From an uncultured delta proteobacterium (GTDB lineage Bacteria; Myxococcota_A; Polyangia; Polyangiales; Polyangiaceae): DNA of 64,000 nucleotides. Positions 9,601-18,734 of this stretch are shown piece by piece (the stretch's first letter is position 1; every line of letters begins with the position of its first letter). The DNA is taken from assembly GCA_963841435.1 (NCBI GenBank), contig CAWJCS010000005.1, forward strand, positions 640,001 to 704,000. Direction: 5' to 3'. The position numbers were made by a program, and so were the translations under genes. Below the pieces are notes generated by a model. It searched no databases. It was not told the origin of the DNA and saw only the letters and a list, made by a program, of their open reading frames with translations.

Positions 9601-11935
9601 GGCTGCTTCGCCAGCGAAGATGCCCAGCGCTTCGCTCACGGTCACCTCGAGCAGCTCCGCGATGCTGACGCCGCGATGCCGTACGGCGAGCACGCGGTCT
9701 TGAAACCGCTTGCCCTTACAAACGGGGCAAATGAGCCTCACGTCCGCGAGAAACTGCATCTCCACCGTCTCGTAGCCCTCGCCCGAGCAGCTTTCGCAGC
9801 GACCCGCCGCCACGTTGAAGGAGAAGCTCGACGGCCCGAGCCCGCGCGCGACGGCCTCCGGCTCCCGGGCGTACAGCGCGCGCACTACGTCCCACGCCTT
9901 CGTGTACGTCGCCGCGTTCCCGCGCGAAGTGCGCCCGAGCGGCAGCTGATCGACGAGCGTCACGTGCTTCACGGCGTCGGCTCCGTCGATCGCGGTGTGC
10001 TCGCCGGGCTGCTCGAGGTCGAGGTCGCCCAGGCGGCGAGCGAGCGCCCGGTAGAGCACGTCGACGACGAGCGTGCTCTTGCCCGAGCCGCTCGGACCGG
10101 ACACGGCGCAAACGACGCCGAGCGGCAAGCGCACGTCGATACCGCGCAGGTTGTTTTCGCTCGCGCCGCGCACGACGAGCTCCCCGTGCGGTACGCGGGA
10201 CCCGCCCGGGAAATCTGACGCCGCGGAGCGCGCGACCCGTGGCCGTTTCGCTGCTCGTGAACGCCGAAGGGGGCCCGTCACGCACGATGCGCCCGCCCTG
10301 GCTACCCGCGCCCGGTCCGATCTCGAGCACGCGGTCGGCGGCGCGGATCAGCGCCGGATCGTGCTCGACGACGAGCACGACGTTGTCGCGCTCGGCAAGC
10401 TCGCGCAGCACGGCGCCGAGCGGCGGCACGTCGCTCGGGTGGAGGCCCACCGTCGGCTCGTCGAGCACGAACAGCGCGCTCTCGAGCGACGTGCCGAGTG
10501 CCGCCGTCAGCGTCACGCGCTGGGCCTCACCGCCCGAGAGGGTGCGCGCCTGGCGATCGAGCGTCAGGTAGCCGAGCCCGACTCGCTCGAGGTACGTCAG
10601 GCGCCCTTCGAGCTCCCGCCGCGCAAGCTCGCCCTGACCGGTGTCCGTCGCGAGGACGGCAATCTCCCGGCGCGCAACGCCGATCTCGAGGCCGTGCCAG
10701 GCGGCGAGATCGCGTCCCCCCACGCGGAACGAGAGTGCCGTGTCGTTCAGTCGCCGCCCGCCGCAGGTCCGGCACACGTCGTACCGGCGATAGCGCGCGA
10801 GCAGCACGCGTACGTGAAGCTTGTACGTCTTGGTCTCGAGCCAGCGGAACCAGCCAAGCACACCCGGGAATTTCCCCTTGTTCCAGCTGCCGTCGCCTTC
10901 GAGCACCACGAGGCGCTGGGCGGCGGAGAGCGCGGACCACGGCTCGTCGAGCGGCACGCCGCTGCGCTTGCAGAGCTTTGCGAGCTCGCTGCGCTCCCAG
11001 CGCGTGGAGGCACCGCGAAAGGGCCGCACCGCACCTTTCGCGATCGAGCGCGTCGGGTCCGGCACCACCTTTTGAACGTCGATGCCGAGCGTGCGACCGA
11101 AACCGCGACAGGTGCTGCACGCGCCGATCGGCGAGTCGTACGAAAAGAGCCCGCCGCGTGGTGCCTCGAGCGCACGCCCGCAGCGCGGACAACCGTACCC
11201 ACGCTGTACGGCAAGCGTGCGGCCGCCGGTATGCGCCCGAACGCGCCCCTCGGCACGCGCCCAGCCGACCTCGACCGCTTGCGCGAGACGCGCGGTGTCA
11301 CGCGCGGGAACGAGCCTGTCGAGCACGACGGCAAGCTCGGGGCCGTCGGCGAGCGCGCGGGACGGGGCGAGACCGTCGAGATCGACGGCTTCGTCGCCGC
11401 ACAGCACGCGGCGATAACCATCGCGGATCAGCGACTCGCGCACCTCGAGGTAGCGTTCCGCGTCTGCGACGGAAAGCGGGTAGGTGAGCACGGTGCGCTC
11501 CGTGCCGAGGGCCTCCGCTACGCGTTTCGCAGCGGATTGGGCGTCGAGCCAAACGGCGTCGACATGGTGCTCGGGACACACGGGCCGCGCCTCGCGCAGG
11601 AACAGCGCACAAAGGTACGGATCGATGTCCGCCATCGTCGCGAGGGTCGAGCGTGAGCTCTTGATGGGCGCGCGGCGGTCCACTGCGATGCCCGCGGGGA
11701 CCGGCTCGAGCCGCTTGAGGGGTGGGCGCTCGAGCCGCTCGAGAAACTGGCGCGCGTAGGGGCTGAAGCTCTCCACGAAGCGGCGTTGCCCTTCGGCGTA
11801 GAGCGTGTCGATGGCGAGGCTGCTCTTGCCCGCGCCGGACACGCCCGCAACGACGACGAGCTCGCCCGGCACGAGCTCGAGGTCGACCCCGTGCAGGTTG
11901 TGGGTCTCGGCGCCTTCGAGCAGGGTGTGGAGCAT
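6640..11935 (-). CDS. uvrA: Double-length (tandem) excinuclease ABC subunit A, about 1765 aa, split by an apparent frameshift near 10185-10230
   Basis: Four Walker A motifs (GVSGAGKSS, GPSGSGKST twice, GVSGSGKST), four LSGGE signatures, Zn fingers, AEGQRRF motifs. ORFs 9716..11935 and 6640..10281 join at ...TGRALRG.../...GELVVRGASENNL. Confidence 0.9.
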
Positions 11936-12055
11936 GCGCTTCGGAGCGCTACTCTGTCGGTCCGGTCGGGGCCCGCCGCAAGGCCCCCCCAGCGTTTTTG
12001 CCGCGGCGGTGCCGAGGGCGGCGGGCCCGGTCGGCGGGCTCGTGCGCCCGGCGCG

Positions 12056-13353
12056 CTACTTGAACCACTGGCTCGGCGGGGGGATGTAGATGCCGCCTGG
12101 ACCGGTCTTTCGCTGTGGCGCGGCCGTCTTGCGCGTCAACTTCTTCTTGCTCTCGGGGCGCGCAGCCGGACGGCTGTCGCTCGCGACCGCGCTCGCGGCC
12201 GCGCTCGCGGCCGCGCTCGCGACCGCTGCGCGCGCCGTGTTCGAACGTCGCAGATGGCTCGAGCTCCGCCGCGGCACCCGCGGCAGGGGCCGAAGCGGAT
12301 GGCGCGACCGCGGCGTCCGCCAGCGGCTCCCGCGTGGCTTGCTCCGCGGCGTTGCCCCCTCCGCTCATGGCCGCGAGAACGACCGCGACGAGCGCGACGA
12401 CGAAAAGCCCCACGCTTGCGTACACGATCGGGTGCGCCGGCCGCGCCGGCAACACGCGCCCCGACGGCGTGCTGAGCGCGGAGAGCCGCGCCAGGACTTC
12501 CCGCGCCGTCTGCGGTCGATCGGCGGGCGCCTTGGCGAGCAGATCCAGAACGAGACGGGAGAGCGGCGCCGGCGTGGTGTCGGGCAAGGGCGGCGGAGGT
12601 TCCACGAGTTGGCGCGCGAGGACCTGCGTGGGAAGCTCCGCTTCGAAGGGCGGATGCCCGGCGATCATTTCGTACATCATCACGCCGAGCGCGTAGAGAT
12701 CGGTGCGCCCGTCGAACGGGCTGTCCCGTCGCCTGCTCGGGCGACATGTACGCCACCGTGCCCATCACGACGCCCGCGCGCGTGAGATGCGTCGCATCAT
12801 GCTGCGCGTCCGGCGCCGAGACGCGCGCAATCCCGAAGTCGAGCACCTTCACCCGCTCGCCGCCTCCCGCCTCGGGGAGCAGCATCACGTTGTCCGGCTT
12901 GAGGTCGCGATGCACGATGTCGGCGGCGTGGGCGGCGCTCAACGCGAGCGCTGTCTGGCGCGCCACCTCGAGCACCCGGGCGAGCGGCAGAGGGCCGCGA
13001 GCCATGAGCTCCCTGAGGCTCTGGCCGTCCACGTACTCGAGCACGAGATAGAACGAGCCATCGGCGAGCTTGCCGAAGTCGCTGGCGGCAACCACATTCG
13101 GGTGCTCGATGCGCGCAGCGGCGACCGCCTCGCGCTCGAAGCGCGCCACCACCTCACTCACGCCCGCGAGCTCCGGGTGCAGCACCTTGAGCGCGACGGT
13201 CTTGCGCATGTGGACGTGCTCGGCACGGTAAACGGCACCCATGCCGCCGGTCCCGAGCAAGCCCTCGATGCGATACCGACCGGCGACCACCGTCCCCGGC
13301 GCGAGGCCAGGGGCGCCGGAAGCCGGCGGCGGGTCACCCTTCGAAGGATCCAT
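12056..13353 (-). CDS. Hanks-type Ser/Thr protein kinase with one TM helix; two apparent frameshifts (about 12715 and 12243)
   Basis: GTGGMGAVY, VALK, HRDLKPDN, DFG, YMSPEQ. Removing one base at about 12715 restores PVDGRTDLYALG. A third frame ends KTGPGGIYIPPPSQWFK. Confidence 0.88.
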
Positions 13354-13423
13354 TCGACCCACGAGTCTACGCCATCGCCGCTCCGCTGCAGAGCGGGCGG
13401 ATCTCGGCTATGACTCCGCCCCC

Positions 13424-13912
13424 ATGGCGCGCCAAAAGACGGACAAGGCGAGCGGCGGCGACCGCCTGGTGTCAAAAAACCGGCGCGCCTACTTCGACTA
13501 CGAGGTGGGCGACAGCTACCAGGCGGGGCTCGTGCTGATCGGCAGCGAGGTTCGCTCGCTGCGTGAAAATTCCGCGGACCTGTCGGATGCGTGGGTCGAT
13601 ATCGACGGTCGGGGCGAAGCTTGGCTCAAGGGGCTCAGGATCCCGCCGCTCAAGCACGCGGCGTTCGGACACGAAGAACGCCGGCCGCGCAAGCTCCTCC
13701 TGCACCGGGAGCAGATCGACCGCCTGCGCGGCGCGAGCCAACGCGACGGCATGACCCTGATTGCGACGAAATGTTTCTTCAAGGACAACCGCGCCAAGGT
13801 CGAGATCGCCGTCGCGCGCGGCCGCAAGAAGCACGACAAGCGGCAGGCTCTGCGCGACCGCGACGCGGTGAAAGAGGCCCGCGCCGCCGTGAAGCGCGGG
13901 AGACGCGATTGA
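13424..13912 (+). CDS. smpB: SsrA-binding protein SmpB
   Basis: NRRAYFDY, AGLVLIGSEVRSLR, RKLLLHREQI, ARGRKKHDKR. Confidence 0.95.
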   Translation: MARQKTDKASGGDRLVSKNRRAYFDYEVGDSYQAGLVLIGSEVRSLRENSADLSDAWVDIDGRGEAWLKGLRIPPLKHAAFGHEERRPRKLLLHREQIDRLRGASQRDGMTLIATKCFFKDNRAKVEIAVARGRKKHDKRQALRDRDAVKEARAAVKRGRRD

Positions 13913-14163
13913 AAACACTCGCTCTCGACGACGGCAGCGAGGCGCTCCTCGTGACGAGCGAGGGTGACCACGTCGTGTTGCTCGCGAAGGCCGCGGCGCC
14001 GCCCGGCTCGCCGCTGCGAGCCCTCTTCGAGGGCGCACCCGTCGTCGTGAAGGTGCGCGGCTCACGGCGCGTCGAGCCGGACGGCGAGGGACGCGCGTTC
14101 AGGGTCGAGGGGCGGTTCGTCGGGCTGACACGCGAGCTTCGCGCACGCCTGCAAGCACCCTGA
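13909..14163 (+). CDS. Hypothetical protein (84 aa, possibly a degenerate PilZ-like beta domain)
   Basis: TTG start overlaps the smpB stop (TTGA). MKTLALDDG...PPGSPL...VKVRGSRR...FRVEGRFVGLTRELRARL; coding-like codon bias. Confidence 0.6.
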   Translation: MKTLALDDGSEALLVTSEGDHVVLLAKAAAPPGSPLRALFEGAPVVVKVRGSRRVEPDGEGRAFRVEGRFVGLTRELRARLQAP

Positions 14164-14179
14164 CCGGCCCGCGCCGGCG

Positions 14180-14311
14180 CTACCTGAGGCGTCCGAGCAT
14201 AACCAGGACGTAGACCGCTGCGAACCCGATGAGCACGGCGGGGATGAGCCAGACGGCAGACACGTTGATCTGCTCGATCTCGTCATCCTGCGCAACGATT
14301 TCTACTCCCAT
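14180..14311 (-). CDS. Small single-TM membrane protein (43 aa), below the ORF-track cut-off
   Basis: MGVEIVAQDDEIEQINVSAVWLIPAVLIGFAAVYVLVMLGRLR*; RBS AGAGGAG 8 nt upstream; acidic N-terminus, TM helix, basic C-terminus. Confidence 0.72.
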   Translation of the reverse strand: MGVEIVAQDDEIEQINVSAVWLIPAVLIGFAAVYVLVMLGRLR

Positions 14312-14499
14312 AGTGCCAACTCCTCTGCTCCTCGGCGCGCGCCAATCAAGAAAGTACCACCACGCCAGTCATAAGTCCTCCATTCGACGGGAGGCGATGC
14401 GCTCTCGAAAACCTGGTGTGTCACAAGGAGACACGGGATGGAGCTAAAGCGCCGTTACTCCCAGCTTTGTTGACACAATACCGAAACCGACCACCTGCG

Positions 14500-14537
14500 C
14501 TCGAGCGGCCGCCCTTGGGGTGGCGCCGAGTTTTTTT
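14500..14537 (+). terminator. Rho-independent terminator
   Basis: CTCG-AGCG-GCCGCCC-TTG-GGGTGGC-GC-CGAG followed by TTTTTTT. Confidence 0.7.
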
Positions 14538-14573
14538 CATTGCCGCCACCGAGGCGAGCAAGCCCGAGACCCT

Positions 14574-14635
14574 CGAGGGGCGGAGGGGCAGGGGCCACGG
14601 CAATACTCCAGCGAGCCCGCCCCACCCTTCCCTCG
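14574..14635. repeat. Imperfect purine/pyrimidine inverted repeat (REP-like hairpin) after the DUF1552 gene
   Basis: CGAGGGGCGGAGGGGCAGGGGC ... GCCCGCCCCACCCTTCCCTCG. Confidence 0.4.
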
Positions 14636-14670
14636 CCGAAGTGCGGACAGCGAGTCGCGGGCTCGGAACA

Positions 14671-16053
14671 CTAGGTGAGGTTCGGAAGCGGGCCCGTCGC
14701 GCCGGACGCGTCGCCGAAGGACGTGAGATCTTCGGCGCCCATGGCGTGTGCCATCGAAACCAGCATCTGGTTGTTGTCCCGGCGGGCGTTGCTAAAATCG
14801 AGGTAGCGCCCCGTGCGGATCTTCCCGCCGGCGCTTCCCGCGAACACGTACGGCATCAACGTGAGATCGTGCTGCGTCGACTCGCCAATCTCGGTGGCCC
14901 AGAGCACGAGCGTGTTGTCGAGCAGCGTGCCGTCCCCCTCGGGGTATGACGCGAGCTTGCCGAGGAAGTACGCTAGCCGATCCGCGTACCAGGTCTGGAT
15001 CTTGTTGTACGCGTCGTAGTTCGTGCCGCTCGACGAAAAGTCGTGCGAGATGCCGTGGTGGTTGCCGCTGATGTTCAGGAACTGGAAGAGGTGCTCGCTC
15101 TCCGAGTACGACCACTGGAACGTGAGGATGCGAGTCTGATCGCAGGCCAGCGCCGCGGCGGCGAGGTCCATCTGAAGCTCCCCGGCCTGCAGGTACTGGT
15201 CGTCGACGGTGAGGTCGACCGCCTGCATCGTGGGAGGCGAGCAATCACCGGTGGTCGGCATCCCCGAGCTGCCAGGCGTACCCACGAGCCGCTGCTCGAC
15301 TTCGCGCATGGCGGCGAGGTGAGCGTCCAGCTTGTCGCGATCCTCCGCGCCAACCAGGCCCTTGAGCCGCTCGGTCTCGGCGTTCGAGATGTCGAAGACG
15401 CTCTTGCGCTGCGCCCAGAGCCGCTCGAGCACCGGGTCGCTCATACCCGTTCCCGGCATCAGGTTGCCGAAGAGCGTGGTGAAAACGTCTTGCGGGTCCT
15501 CGCGCGGCGGGATGGGCTGATTGGAGGCACGATAGGCGATGCGCGCGCGGACCTCGGTGTCGCGGACGTGGGCACCGAGCTGCAGGCTCTTGAAGGTCGT
15601 CGGCGGGTTCAACGTATCGACCAGGTACTGGTCGAGCGACTGGCCGCTGCCCCAGCCCGAGGTCGTGTCGCCGAAGCTCTTGAACTGGGTGCCCGAGTTG
15701 AGCGGCCGCGCCGTGAGCATGCCGCCCGTGCCTCGAGCGTGCTCCGAGCCGAGCGTGCCACCGAGCGCGCCGTTCTGCAGTGAGTCGTTGAGCTTGATGC
15801 CCTTCAAGAAAGTGAGCTTGTCCTTGTAGGGCTCGAGCGGCGTGGTCAGGGCGCCGAGATTGAAGCTCGTTTCGCTGCCGGTCGGCCAGAACATGGCGTT
15901 GCGCGTGCCGTTCGGGGTCGTGAAAACCACGAGCCGCGTGGGGGGTGTGCCCGCCTCGCCGCGAACGCGCTGCGCGTCGAGCAGCGGAATGGCCGCCGTG
16001 GCAGCGAGTGAGCCACGGAGCAGATTCCTGCGGGTGAACCGGAGCGGATTCAT
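14671..16053 (-). CDS. DUF1552 family protein with Tat-like signal (second copy)
   Basis: MNPLRFTRRNLLRG, TPNG, SLDQYL, DRDKLDAHLAAMREVE, ALACDQTR, EGDGTLLDNT. Confidence 0.87.
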   Translation of the reverse strand: MNPLRFTRRNLLRGSLAATAAIPLLDAQRVRGEAGTPPTRLVVFTTPNGTRNAMFWPTGSETSFNLGALTTPLEPYKDKLTFLKGIKLNDSLQNGALGGTLGSEHARGTGGMLTARPLNSGTQFKSFGDTTSGWGSGQSLDQYLVDTLNPPTTFKSLQLGAHVRDTEVRARIAYRASNQPIPPREDPQDVFTTLFGNLMPGTGMSDPVLERLWAQRKSVFDISNAETERLKGLVGAEDRDKLDAHLAAMREVEQRLVGTPGSSGMPTTGDCSPPTMQAVDLTVDDQYLQAGELQMDLAAAALACDQTRILTFQWSYSESEHLFQFLNISGNHHGISHDFSSSGTNYDAYNKIQTWYADRLAYFLGKLASYPEGDGTLLDNTLVLWATEIGESTQHDLTLMPYVFAGSAGGKIRTGRYLDFSNARRDNNQMLVSMAHAMGAEDLTSFGDASGATGPLPNLT

Positions 16054-16070
16054 GGGGCGACCTCGTGATG

Positions 16071-17909
16071 TCACGGCTTCACCTGGCTTCGATACATGAA
16101 GGCGTCCGTCTGCGTGATGCCGACGACGAGCTCGGCCAGGTCCCCGCCGGTGCTCTGGAAACCTGCCTGGAGCGTTCCGAGCGAGCACGAGTCCGGCTCG
16201 ACCTCGGTGCGACCGAGGGCGTAACGGAACCACTGGGTCGCCATGCAGTTTCGCACCTGCTCGCTGCCGGCAAGCTTCTCGGCGAGCTCGCGAACGCCGT
16301 TGAACGGACCCGCGAGGGCGGGATCGTTGGCATCGTTGATCTCGCCCGACACGTCGAGCGGCTGGTTGTTCTCGGTCTCGCGGTACTGGCCCATCGCGTC
16401 AAAGTGCTCGAAGGAAAGGCCGATGGGATCCATCAGACTGTGGCAACCGTTGCAGCTCGCGCCGGCCGTGAGGTGACCGGAGAAGCGCTCGCGCGCCGTG
16501 CCGCCCTGGTTGATGTCGGGTACGGAGATGTTCACGTCGTTCGGCGGCGGTGGCGGCGGGTCGCAGAGCAGCATGCTGCGCACGAATTTTCCCCGGAGCA
16601 CGGGCGAGGTCTGATCCGGATGACCCTGGACCGAGAGGAAGCCTGCCTGGGTGAGCAGGCCCGCGCGACCCTGGCTGTCGGGCAGCGTGACCATCTGCGG
16701 CGTGGTTGCGCTGCCCGCGGGCGCCTGGACGCCGTAAAGGTCCGCGAGCGGGCCGCTCACGAAGGCCACCTGCGACGTGAGCAGCGAGGCGAGCGTGTGA
16801 TCGCCCGCCCAGAGCACGTAGTCGACGAACGCCGGGAGCTCGCGCGCCATGGCGTCGCGCAGCTCGGGAGTGAAGGTGGGAAAGAAGGAGGTATTCTTCG
16901 TCGTGATGTCGAGGCGCGTGGTGCCGGACCACTCGTTGAAGAAGTTCTCGAGCGCCACGCGCGCCTTGGGCGACCCCAGCATTTCTCGGGCTTTCGCCGC
17001 CACGGCTGCAGGGGAGGAGAGCGCACCGCCGGCAGCCGCGTCGAGCAGCGCGTCGTCGGGACCGGACGCCCAGATCAGGTACGAAAGGCGGGTCGCAAGC
17101 TCGAACTGGCTGAGCGGCACGAGCGCGGCGCTCGGATCGGCCGGGGTCGTGGTCTCCAGCCGGTAGAGGAAATCCGAGGACTGCAGCGCCGCCCGAATCA
17201 TGACCTCGATGCCCTCGGCGTAGCTGCCACCGTCGTGCCCGGCCTGGTAGGCGGCCATCAACGCCTGCTCGTCGTTCGGCGTCGTCGGGCGGCGGAAGGC
17301 ACGGCGCCCGAACGAGCGGGCGAAGTCGAGAGCGCACGCGTCCTCACCCTGGGCAACGGTGTCGCACGCCGTGAGGGTGGTGAGGTTTTGCACCGCGGAC
17401 TTGGCGAGTGACTCGGAGACGAGCACGTACTTTTCGGCGTGCAACGAGGACACCGTCAGCACGGACGCGTTGTTGTCGTACCCATTCGTCACCTCGTCGG
17501 CGGGAAGCTCCGCGGCGGGTGCGGGGTCGACGTTCAAGAGGTCGCGCACCGAGTTCGCGTACTCGAAGCGCGTCAGACGCCGGAGCGGCGTGCCTGCGAG
17601 CAGCTGGGTCGGACAGGCGTCCGTCGTGGGCATGACCGCGCCACCGCCGCCACTATTGCCGGCGGCGACCCCGCCGGTGCCGCCCGTGGTGGCTCCCGTG
17701 CCGCCGGACGAAACGCTCGAGCCACCCGTGCTCGGCGTGCCGCCGCTCGTGGCGCCCCCCCCGCCCGTGGCGCCGCCGGTCGCGCCGCTGGCGTTCGACC
17801 CGCCGCTACCCGGCGCGTCGCCCAGAACGCCGCCTTTCGAGTCCACGGCACCCGAACAGGCGGTGGCCAGGAACAACAAAAAGGCCGGCTGGATGAGATC
17901 GCGGCGCAT
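16071..17909 (-). CDS. DUF1592/1588/1595/1587/1585 lipoprotein with a single CxxCH (second copy)
   Basis: LATA|C lipobox, Gly linker, LRRLTRFEYANSVRDLL, ELATRLSYLIWASGPD, TSPVLRG, CNGCH, DPIGLSFEHFDAMG. Confidence 0.87.
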   Translation of the reverse strand: MRRDLIQPAFLLFLATACSGAVDSKGGVLGDAPGSGGSNASGATGGATGGGGATSGGTPSTGGSSVSSGGTGATTGGTGGVAAGNSGGGGAVMPTTDACPTQLLAGTPLRRLTRFEYANSVRDLLNVDPAPAAELPADEVTNGYDNNASVLTVSSLHAEKYVLVSESLAKSAVQNLTTLTACDTVAQGEDACALDFARSFGRRAFRRPTTPNDEQALMAAYQAGHDGGSYAEGIEVMIRAALQSSDFLYRLETTTPADPSAALVPLSQFELATRLSYLIWASGPDDALLDAAAGGALSSPAAVAAKAREMLGSPKARVALENFFNEWSGTTRLDITTKNTSFFPTFTPELRDAMARELPAFVDYVLWAGDHTLASLLTSQVAFVSGPLADLYGVQAPAGSATTPQMVTLPDSQGRAGLLTQAGFLSVQGHPDQTSPVLRGKFVRSMLLCDPPPPPPNDVNISVPDINQGGTARERFSGHLTAGASCNGCHSLMDPIGLSFEHFDAMGQYRETENNQPLDVSGEINDANDPALAGPFNGVRELAEKLAGSEQVRNCMATQWFRYALGRTEVEPDSCSLGTLQAGFQSTGGDLAELVVGITQTDAFMYRSQVKP

Positions 17910-18117
17910 GGCTTGCCCTCGGAACACGTCCCACTGATCGTACCGGAGGTCGAGCTTTCAGGGCAGCCAAATGACCTCGACACCAAGGTTTGTTGTCGCG
18001 CGTCACGTGCACCGACACGCGATTCTGATCCGAGCAAAGCATTCCAAGCGGGGATGCGCCAACCTTCACCTTTCTGCTCGCTCGCCACCCGCCGAGGCAC
18101 GCTAGGCTGCGACGCGC

Positions 18118-18732
18118 ATGATCCCGTGCCCGAAACGACGGCAGCATGCGCTCAGCGCTCTCGTGATTTTCGCCGCGATGGCGTGCGCGAAGAAGAGCCC
18201 CGAAGCTTCGTCCGAGCCGGGCCCGCACGCGCAAGCGTCGAGCTCTTCCATCGACGCCAGCAAGGAGACGACCGTGCACCTGCAATCGAGCGCATTCCAG
18301 GCAAATGGGAAGATTCCCAAGCAGTACACGTGCGAAGGCTCGGACACCGCGCCACCGCTTTCCCTCGACGGAATACCTGCGGCCGCGCGCAGCCTGGCGC
18401 TCATCGTCGATGATCCGGACGCGCCCGATCCAAGCGCACCCAGGCGGGTGTGGGTCCACTGGGTGCTTTACGACGTGCCGCCCGACGCGCGCGCCCTCGG
18501 CGCGGGACAGGTTCCCGAAGGGGCGCTCGAAGGCAAGAATGATTGGGGGACCAAGGGCTACCGAGGGCCGTGCCCACCCATTGGACGCCATCGGTACTTC
18601 TTCAAGCTCTACGCGCTCGACGTGCGCTTGCCCGACCTCGGTGAGCCGAACAAGGCCTCGCTCGAAGCAGCGATGCACGGCCACGTGCTCGCCCAGGCCG
18701 AGCTCGTCGGCACCTATCAGAAGGGCGACTGA
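18118..18732 (+). CDS. YbhB/YbcL (PEBP) family protein, probable lipoprotein
   Basis: IPKQYTCEG, SLALIVDDPDAP, WVHWVLYDVP, YRGPCPP.GRHRYFFKLYALD. Confidence 0.92.
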   Translation: MIPCPKRRQHALSALVIFAAMACAKKSPEASSEPGPHAQASSSSIDASKETTVHLQSSAFQANGKIPKQYTCEGSDTAPPLSLDGIPAAARSLALIVDDPDAPDPSAPRRVWVHWVLYDVPPDARALGAGQVPEGALEGKNDWGTKGYRGPCPPIGRHRYFFKLYALDVRLPDLGEPNKASLEAAMHGHVLAQAELVGTYQKGD

Positions 18733-18734
18733 GC

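Noticed and set aside
10185-10230. Programmed frameshifting or true pseudogenisation of uvrA and the other split genes
   Set aside because: No slippery heptamer or further decay is visible; the many isolated indels across unrelated genes point to sequencing error.
14350-14365. GGTGGTAC T-box-like sequence on the minus strand
   Set aside because: No stem I or terminator follows, and no amino-acid-related gene lies downstream; better explained as a promoter -10 region.
13913-14670. tmRNA (ssrA) next to smpB
   Set aside because: No tRNA-like acceptor or T-arm ends and no tag reading frame ending in AA were found on either strand.
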